A stretch of 32,000 nt of DNA, taken from Promethearchaeota archaeon. GTDB taxonomy: Archaea; Asgardarchaeota; Lokiarchaeia; Sigyniarchaeales; SOKP01. Each line of letters starts with the position of its first letter. The stretch's first letter is position 1. The stretch lies in NCBI GenBank assembly GCA_030606485.1, contig JAUWGH010000002.1:1-32000 (forward strand), in the 5' to 3' direction. The notes below the pieces were generated by a model that was not told where the DNA came from, made no database searches, and saw nothing but the letters and a program-made list of their open reading frames with translations. Positions 25,763 to 32,000 of the stretch are shown piece by piece. The translations under genes were made by a program, and so were the position numbers.

Positions 25763-26893
25763 TTATTTCCTTTTATCAAGTTCTTTATACGTATATAACA
25801 ACTCTTTTTGATCTTCAGAAATATTTTTTGGAATCTCAACGATTATTCGGATATAATGATCGCCACGATCCCTGTCATATAAATGAGGAACTCCCCTTTT
25901 CTTAAATCTAAATTCGGTGTTAGATTGTGTTCCAGATGGAATACGTAAATCTTCTTCAACAATTTTTTTATTTTTATGATCAAATGTTTTTACTTTTATT
26001 TTATCTCCTAAAATGGCTGTTATAAAGTCAATATTTACATCCGAATAAATATCATCATTTCTTCTGTAAAAAGTATTCTCTTGCTTTACATTTATCCTAA
26101 TATAGAGTTCTCCTGGGATTGCATCTCGGGTTGGGATATGCCCTGCTCCCTGAACTTTTAAATGAATGCCATCCTCTACTCCAGGCGGAATTGTTATTTT
26201 CAATTTTTTAGATTCAGGTATAACTTTTTCCCCTTTACAAGTTTTACATTTTTTTGTAATGATTTTTCCTTCACCGCCACACTTTGAGCAGGTCGTCTGC
26301 TGGATTATTGTACCCATTATAGTTTGTCTTCTATAAGTCATTTGCCCACTTCCACGACATTGAGGGCAAATTTTAATATTTGAAGGTGATTCTGCTCCGG
26401 TCCCTTCGCATTCATCACATGGAACCATTCTTTCTATTAAAATTTCTTTCTTTTTTCCAAATATTGATTCTTCGAAAGTTATATCTATAGAATCTTCTAT
26501 ATCTCCCCCTCTAACCCTTCTCTTTTGATAGGTTCTTGTTCTTCCTCTCCTTCCAAAACTTCCAAAACCTCCAAATCCAAAATCATCTCCAAAAAAGCTT
26601 CGAAAAATTTCATCAATTCCTGGAATTCCACCAGAAAAAATTTCATCTATGTTTATACTAACGCCATCGAACCCAAATCTATCATATTGGTTTCTTTTTT
26701 TAGGATCTGACAACACTTCATATGCTTCTTGAACCTCTTTAAATTTCTCTACAGCACTGGGATCCGTCTTATTTAAATCCGGGTGATATTTTTTAGCAAG
26801 CCTTCTATAAGATAATTTTATATCATTTTCTGATGCATCTTTGCTAATCCCCAAAACATCATAATAATCTCTTTTTTTCTTTCTGGAACTCAT
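25763..26893 (-). CDS. dnaJ: Chaperone DnaJ (type I)
   Basis: J domain with HPD, G/F-rich region, four CxxCxGx(G/K) motifs and C-terminal domain. Confidence 0.97.
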   Translation of the reverse strand: MSSRKKKRDYYDVLGISKDASENDIKLSYRRLAKKYHPDLNKTDPSAVEKFKEVQEAYEVLSDPKKRNQYDRFGFDGVSINIDEIFSGGIPGIDEIFRSFFGDDFGFGGFGSFGRRGRTRTYQKRRVRGGDIEDSIDITFEESIFGKKKEILIERMVPCDECEGTGAESPSNIKICPQCRGSGQMTYRRQTIMGTIIQQTTCSKCGGEGKIITKKCKTCKGEKVIPESKKLKITIPPGVEDGIHLKVQGAGHIPTRDAIPGELYIRINVKQENTFYRRNDDIYSDVNIDFITAILGDKIKVKTFDHKNKKIVEEDLRIPSGTQSNTEFRFKKRGVPHLYDRDRGDHYIRIIVEIPKNISEDQKELLYTYKELDKRK

Positions 26894-27065
26894 TTTAGTT
26901 GTTATTAATTGCTTTTTTAACTTATTCGATTAACTTATCTGTTATTTATCTAATAAAGAAATAAAACTTATTACTTTTATTAGTTTAATAAAAGGATAAT
27001 AATTAATATTCAAAAATCTCTTTAAAAAAATTATTTAAATAAAAACTAAAAAATTAGAATAGAAC

Positions 27066-29087
27066 TCATTTATCTTCGTCTTCTTCATCCCAATCAACAT
27101 CTACGACTTTCTTTTTATCTTCTTTCTTTTCATCTTCAGGTTTTTTTGTATATTTAGCACCACCAGCTCCTACATCTTGAGGTCCGGCTTGAAAACCTCC
27201 CATTCCCCCCCCAGGCATGCTTCCAGGAAATCCTTGGGCGGCTTTTTGAGCTTGATCAGCTGCTTGTTGATATTGAGTTTGCTGAGCTTGTTGGGCATAA
27301 ATACGTTGAGAAAATCCATGCATTGATGTTTGTAATTTTTCCATACCTTCTTTTATTCTCTGCATGTCATCTGATTTGATATCATCTTGTAGATCTTTTA
27401 TAGCTGCTTCAATATTTTTCTTTTCATCTTCTTGAAGTTTATCTTTATATTCTTCGATCATTTTTTCCGTACTAAAAATTAATGCATCGGCTTGATTTTT
27501 TGTTTGAACCTTTTCCATAATTTCTTTATCTTTTTCTTCATATTTTTTAGCATCTTCAATTTTTTGATTTATTTCTTCTTCACTTAGTCCATGTGCGCCA
27601 GTAATTGTAATTCCAGTTTCCTTTCCTGTCCCTAAATCTTTTGCTTTTACATTAACTATTCCATCTGCATCAATTGAAAAGGTAACTTCAATTTGCGGAA
27701 TCCCTCTTGGAGCAGGAGGAATACCTGTCAAATGAAATTGACCAAGTGGTATATTATCTTTAGCCATGGTTCTTTCACCTTGTAGAACATTGATAGTTAC
27801 TGCTGGTTGATTATTTGCTGCAGTACTAAATATTTGACTTTTATCGGTAGGAATTGTTGTGTTCCTTTCAATTATTTTTGTAAAAACTTCGCCTAATGTT
27901 TCTACACCTAATGATAATGGAGTAACATCCAATAATAATAAATCTCCAATATCACCTGCAATTATACCCCCTTGAATTGCAGCTCCTATTGCAACACATT
28001 CCATTGGATCAACAGAAAGTTCCGGATTTTTTCTAAAAAAGTTTTTAAATCTTTCTTGAACACATGGCATTCTAGTAGGACCACCAACAAGAAGTATTTT
28101 ATTAATATCACCCACAGAAAGCTTCGCATCAGAAACAGCTCTTCGCATTATTGGATCAAGCCTTTTAAGAGTGGGTTCAATCAAACTTTCTAATTTTGCA
28201 CGAGTAAAATCCATTTCTAAATGAAATGGTTCACCTTCTTTTTGAGAAATATAAGGAAGGTCGATTTTTGTGGATAATGTAGTTGATAATTCGATTTTGG
28301 CTTTTTCACCAGCATCTCTAATCCTTATCATGGCTTTACTATCATTTTTCACATCAACTCCGTATTTATTCCTAATTTCTCCAACCATCCAATCAACAAT
28401 GGCATTATCCATATCTGTTCCACCAAGTTGGGTATCTCCGGCAGTAGATAAAACTTCAACCACACCTTCTCCAAATTCCATAATAGTTACATCAAATGTT
28501 CCGCCACCTAAATCTAATACACAAATTTTTAAAAGTTTTCGACTGATTTTATCTAACCCATAAGCCAAACAAGCAGCAGTCGGCTCATTGACCATTCTTA
28601 CAACTTCCAATCCTGCAATTTGACCAGCATTTTTTGTCGCAGTTCTTTGAGCATCATTAAAATATGCTGGAACTGTAATGACTGCTTTTTTAACACTGTG
28701 ACCAAGATATTTTGAGGCGTCGTTTTTAATTTTAGTTAGTATCATCGCTGAAATTTCTTCTGGTGTAAATTCTTTACTATCAGTTCCTACCTTAAGTTTT
28801 GCTTTATATTTAGTACCCATTTTACGCTTAATTGCAGTGATAGTTCCATCTGGATTGGAAACTGCTTGGCGTCTAGCAGGTTCCCCAACTATTTTTTGAC
28901 CATCTTCGGTAAAAGCTACATAAGATGGAAAAGCTTTACCTCCTAAGGTTCGTCCTTCAACAGCTGGTATTATTTCTGGCTTTCCTGTTGGTGTAAGATA
29001 AGCACATGCACTATTTGATGTCCCTAAATCAATCCCTATAATTAATTCTTTCCTTTTAGGTTTATCTTTGCTTTCTGTATCGCTCAT
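27066..29087 (-). CDS. dnaK: Chaperone DnaK (Hsp70)
   Basis: [31 protein letters not shown] and [11 protein letters not shown]. The ATG at 29087 is preferred over the TTG at 29096. Confidence 0.98.
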   Translation of the reverse strand: MSDTESKDKPKRKELIIGIDLGTSNSACAYLTPTGKPEIIPAVEGRTLGGKAFPSYVAFTEDGQKIVGEPARRQAVSNPDGTITAIKRKMGTKYKAKLKVGTDSKEFTPEEISAMILTKIKNDASKYLGHSVKKAVITVPAYFNDAQRTATKNAGQIAGLEVVRMVNEPTAACLAYGLDKISRKLLKICVLDLGGGTFDVTIMEFGEGVVEVLSTAGDTQLGGTDMDNAIVDWMVGEIRNKYGVDVKNDSKAMIRIRDAGEKAKIELSTTLSTKIDLPYISQKEGEPFHLEMDFTRAKLESLIEPTLKRLDPIMRRAVSDAKLSVGDINKILLVGGPTRMPCVQERFKNFFRKNPELSVDPMECVAIGAAIQGGIIAGDIGDLLLLDVTPLSLGVETLGEVFTKIIERNTTIPTDKSQIFSTAANNQPAVTINVLQGERTMAKDNIPLGQFHLTGIPPAPRGIPQIEVTFSIDADGIVNVKAKDLGTGKETGITITGAHGLSEEEINQKIEDAKKYEEKDKEIMEKVQTKNQADALIFSTEKMIEEYKDKLQEDEKKNIEAAIKDLQDDIKSDDMQRIKEGMEKLQTSMHGFSQRIYAQQAQQTQYQQAADQAQKAAQGFPGSMPGGGMGGFQAGPQDVGAGGAKYTKKPEDEKKEDKKKVVDVDWDEEDEDK

Positions 29088-29461
29088 AAATCTCAAGTTT
29101 AAATTGGAATTTTATACGAATTATATTTTATTTAATTATAAAAACCATTAAGATTAACAATTTATGAAATAAGTAGTAAAGAAAAATTATAAATTTTTAG
29201 ATTTATATTTAAATGATCTCTATGTCAAAATAAAATTTCTTTAAGTGGGTACTTTAATTATTAATATCGTTAATAGATTAAGGAAATTTTCTTTCTAGTC
29301 TTATGAATTTCTTAAAAAAATCCAATAATTTCACGATCCAAAATCCAGAAAACAATAAAAATTAAAATATTATCTTATATTATTAAATTAAAGATCTATT
29401 AAATTGAAATAATGTGTTTTTAAGAATAATATCTAATTCAAAAATTTAAAATGATTATTAA

Positions 29462-30190
29462 ATGAAACCAGAGGAAAACAATACTACACCGGATAATGCA
29501 TCAAAAAAGAAAGAAAATGTGGAAAAGACCACAGAAGTGGGAGAAAAATCTGTTGATAAAAAATCTTTAAAAGAAAAAACTCCGCAAGAAACTATTGAAG
29601 AATTAAGATCAGAATTAGATACGAAATTAAAAGAAAAAGATAAATTAATAGAAGATTGGAAAAAAAAATTTATGCTAATGCAGGCTGAATTTGAAAACTA
29701 TCAAAAGCGAATGGAAAAAAATAGAATGCATATTCAAAATATTGAGAGAGCTTCAATTTTAAGAGATTTTTTAAAAATAATGGATTCATTTGAGAAGGCA
29801 ATAGATCACATTGATAATGCCCAAGTATCAAATTTTGAAGATATAAAATCAATTTATAATCAATTATTAAATCAGTTTAAAAGTTATGACGTAGAACAAA
29901 TTCCAACGTCTAAAGGAGACTTATTTGATTATAGGATTCATGAAGCGATTTCACATATTGAAAATGCAGATTTACCCGAAAATTCAATTGTAGATATATT
30001 GCAAACAGGTTGGAAAATGAATAAGGGTATTTTACGGTATTCGAAAGTTATTATTTCCAAAATTCCTAAAGAACCTGAACCTGAACAAGATATAGATAAA
30101 AAAGAGAAAGAGGAGAAAAAAGAACAAAATCTGGTTAGTCAAAATGAGGATAATAATGAAAAAATTAATAGTAATAAAAATACTAACTAA
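29462..30190 (+). CDS. grpE: Nucleotide exchange factor GrpE
   Basis: QAEFENYQKR, FDYRIHEAI and GWKMNKGILRYSKVII motifs; N-terminal coiled coil. Confidence 0.93.
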   Translation: MKPEENNTTPDNASKKKENVEKTTEVGEKSVDKKSLKEKTPQETIEELRSELDTKLKEKDKLIEDWKKKFMLMQAEFENYQKRMEKNRMHIQNIERASILRDFLKIMDSFEKAIDHIDNAQVSNFEDIKSIYNQLLNQFKSYDVEQIPTSKGDLFDYRIHEAISHIENADLPENSIVDILQTGWKMNKGILRYSKVIISKIPKEPEPEQDIDKKEKEEKKEQNLVSQNEDNNEKINSNKNTN

Positions 30191-30229
30191 GGTAATATAT
30201 TTAATTTAATAATATTTGAGGAATAAAAT

Positions 30230-30478
30230 TTGAGCGATGAGCCACAGTTTCCCCCGATTCCAAGTTTAGGAGATGCATTAATTCGGAAAAAAAAGATGGT
30301 AGAGAATAAATACTCCATTATAAAATGTAAATCATGTAAAGTAAAAAATGAAAGATTATTTCAAGAGGGAGATTATGTTTTTAAGAAATTCACTGATGAA
30401 ATATGCTCTTCTTGCAAAGTAAAAACTCTCTATATTTGTGAAATATTCTCAGAATGGAAAATACCTAAGAAAGAATGA
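30230..30478 (+). CDS. Small zinc-finger protein
   Basis: CKSC...FQEGDYVFK...CSSC (two CxxC); 39 nt downstream of grpE. Confidence 0.7.
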   Translation: MSDEPQFPPIPSLGDALIRKKKMVENKYSIIKCKSCKVKNERLFQEGDYVFKKFTDEICSSCKVKTLYICEIFSEWKIPKKE

Positions 30479-30515
30479 ATTTGGAATAAAAATATTTAAA
30501 TTAAATTAATTCTTT

Positions 30516-30917
30516 TTATCGCTTTAAATTTGACTTAATAAATTCAACAATTTTTTGTAGCGGAGTTCCTGGACCAAAAAAGCCAGTAAGCCCATTTTCT
30601 TGAAGAAATGGGATATCTTTTTTTGGTATTATACCTCCAACGACAACTAAAACATCATCAATATTATTTTCTTTTAATAATTTCATAATCATTGGACAGA
30701 GAGTATTATGCGCTCCAGATAAAAGGCTTAGAGCTAAAACATCGGGATCTTCTTGCATTACAGCGTTTACAATGTCTTCTGGCGTTTGATGTAAGCCTGT
30801 ATAAATCACTTCCATTCCTGCATCTCGTAACGCACGCGCTACAACTTTTATACCTCTATCATGCCCATCCAGACCAGGTTTTGTAGCAATAATCTTAATT
30901 CTTCTGTTTTCACTCAT
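30516..30917 (-). CDS. Methylmalonyl-CoA mutase family, cobalamin-binding subunit
   Basis: KPGLDGHDRG (DxHxxG), SLLSGAH, VGGIIP and FGPG. Confidence 0.95.
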   Translation of the reverse strand: MSENRRIKIIATKPGLDGHDRGIKVVARALRDAGMEVIYTGLHQTPEDIVNAVMQEDPDVLALSLLSGAHNTLCPMIMKLLKENNIDDVLVVVGGIIPKKDIPFLQENGLTGFFGPGTPLQKIVEFIKSNLKR

Positions 30918-30949
30918 TTTTTTATCATTTCTAATAATTTTTTCTCCTA

Positions 30950-32000
30950 TTATATTATTTGTTGCTCTTTATAGACTCCAAAAACTTCTTTTAGTGCTCC
31001 AATAATTTCTCCAACAGATGTATATTCTTTAACTGCATCTAAAATGTATGGAATCAAATTTTCTGTTCCTTTTGCTGCTTCTTTCAATTTTACTAATAAC
31101 ATATTTACTCTCTCGTTATCTCTGGTTTTCTTGATTTCATTTAACCTATTAATTTGGTGTTCAGAAACAGCTTCTTCAATGTCTAATAAGTCAGGTAATT
31201 CAAATATTTCTGATTGGAATTTATTAACCCCAATAATAAATCTTTTATTAGTATCAATTTCCCTCTGGTATTTATAGGCTGCATTTGCAATTTCTGTCTG
31301 AAAGAAGTTTTTATGGATTGCGGGAATTACACCTCCCAATTTTTCAATCCTTTTAAAATATTCTTCAGCTTGTTGTTCCATTTTATCAGTAAGCCATTCA
31401 ATATAATAAGAGCCAGATAAAGGATCAACCGTATCTGCAACCCCAGATTCATAAGCAATTATTTGCTGAGTTCTTAAAGCAATTTTAGCAGCTTTCTCTG
31501 TAGGTAAACACAGGGCCTCATCAAATGAGTTTGTGTGAAGTGATTGTGTTCCTCCCAAAACTGCAGCTAACCCTTGTAAAGTAACTCTAACTATATTATT
31601 TTCTGGTTCCTGAGCGGTTAAAGAAACTCCTGCAGTCTGAGTATGAAATCTTAATCTAATGGACTCTTTTTTCTTAGCATTGTACTTATCACGCATGTGT
31701 TTTGCCCATATCCGACGTGCTGCTCTATATTTACAAACCTCCTCAAAAAAGTTATTATGACTATTAAAGAAAAAAGATAATCTCGGGGCAAAGTCGTCTA
31801 TATTTAACCCCCTTTCTATTGCTGCTTCTACATATGCAAATCCATCTGCAAGGGTAAATGCTAATTCCTGAACTGCTGTAGAACCAGCTTCTCTAATATG
31901 ATACCCACTAATACTTATAGTATACCATTGTGGCACATATTTTGTGCAATATTCGATCGTATCGATAATAAGTCTCATTGATGGTTCTGGAGGAAAAATC
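30950..32000 (-). CDS. Methylmalonyl-CoA mutase family, substrate-binding subunit (5' end beyond the window)
   Basis: ISISGYHIREAG, RLSFFF, FHTQTAG, QSLHTNSFDEA, DPLSGSY. The frame stays open to the window edge (IFPPEPSMR). Confidence 0.95.
   Translation of the reverse strand, partial: IFPPEPSMRLIIDTIEYCTKYVPQWYTISISGYHIREAGSTAVQELAFTLADGFAYVEAAIERGLNIDDFAPRLSFFFNSHNNFFEEVCKYRAARRIWAKHMRDKYNAKKKESIRLRFHTQTAGVSLTAQEPENNIVRVTLQGLAAVLGGTQSLHTNSFDEALCLPTEKAAKIALRTQQIIAYESGVADTVDPLSGSYYIEWLTDKMEQQAEEYFKRIEKLGGVIPAIHKNFFQTEIANAAYKYQREIDTNKRFIIGVNKFQSEIFELPDLLDIEEAVSEHQINRLNEIKKTRDNERVNMLLVKLKEAAKGTENLIPYILDAVKEYTSVGEIIGALKEVFGVYKEQQII

Noticed and set aside
27070-27300. DnaK Gly/Met/Gln-rich tail as a eukaryotic GGMP-EEVD signature
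   Set aside because: Flexible G/Q-rich tails and a VDVDW/VDADF-type acidic end are common in prokaryotic DnaK; there is no EEVD.
29097-29461. CIRCE or other heat-shock operator between dnaK and grpE
   Set aside because: No TTAGCACTC-N9-GAGTGCTAA, and no convincing dyad above the AT-rich background.
4898-31420. Short antisense or overlapping ORFs in the track (4898, 8487, 9686, 11804, 13214, 19557, 20667, 21852, 23263, 26525, 27972, 28270, 29670, 30692, 31044, 31214)
   Set aside because: They overlap longer or well-supported genes (all but 29670 largely antisense shadows) and have no recognisable motifs.

Overview
AT-rich archaeal DNA, most consistent with an Asgard archaeon (Lokiarchaeia-like). 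The evidence is a TFB gene, a Loki-type LRR protein and a eukaryote-like SECIS. Housekeeping genes: tfb, Ldh_2-family dehydrogenase, nitroreductase, aldehyde:ferredoxin oxidoreductase, nfo, pepD, hxlB, a PhoU/TrkA-C gene with two MgtE-type membrane genes, dnaJ-dnaK with a divergent grpE, and split methylmalonyl-CoA mutase. Highlights not in the ORF track: (1) A selenium module, LysR > DsrE > TusA > SelD. selD really starts at TTG 19390 and has an in-frame UGA (19441-19443) at its catalytic residue, followed by a 3' eukaryote-like SECIS. Matching TATTA-N7-TAATA LysR-type operators lie upstream of both lysR and dsrE. (2) Integrase-free insertions that leave the displaced 3' end of the host gene downstream of the cargo: nfo with hicBA cargo, the Ldh_2 gene with a membrane-protein cargo, and possibly a wHTH gene. 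(3) A 181-bp direct repeat bracketing 7.8 kb that includes a cryptic, plasmid- or virus-like cluster of small ORFs. No rRNA, tRNA, CRISPR array, transposase or integrase was recognised. All identities were counted by hand and no database searches were run.
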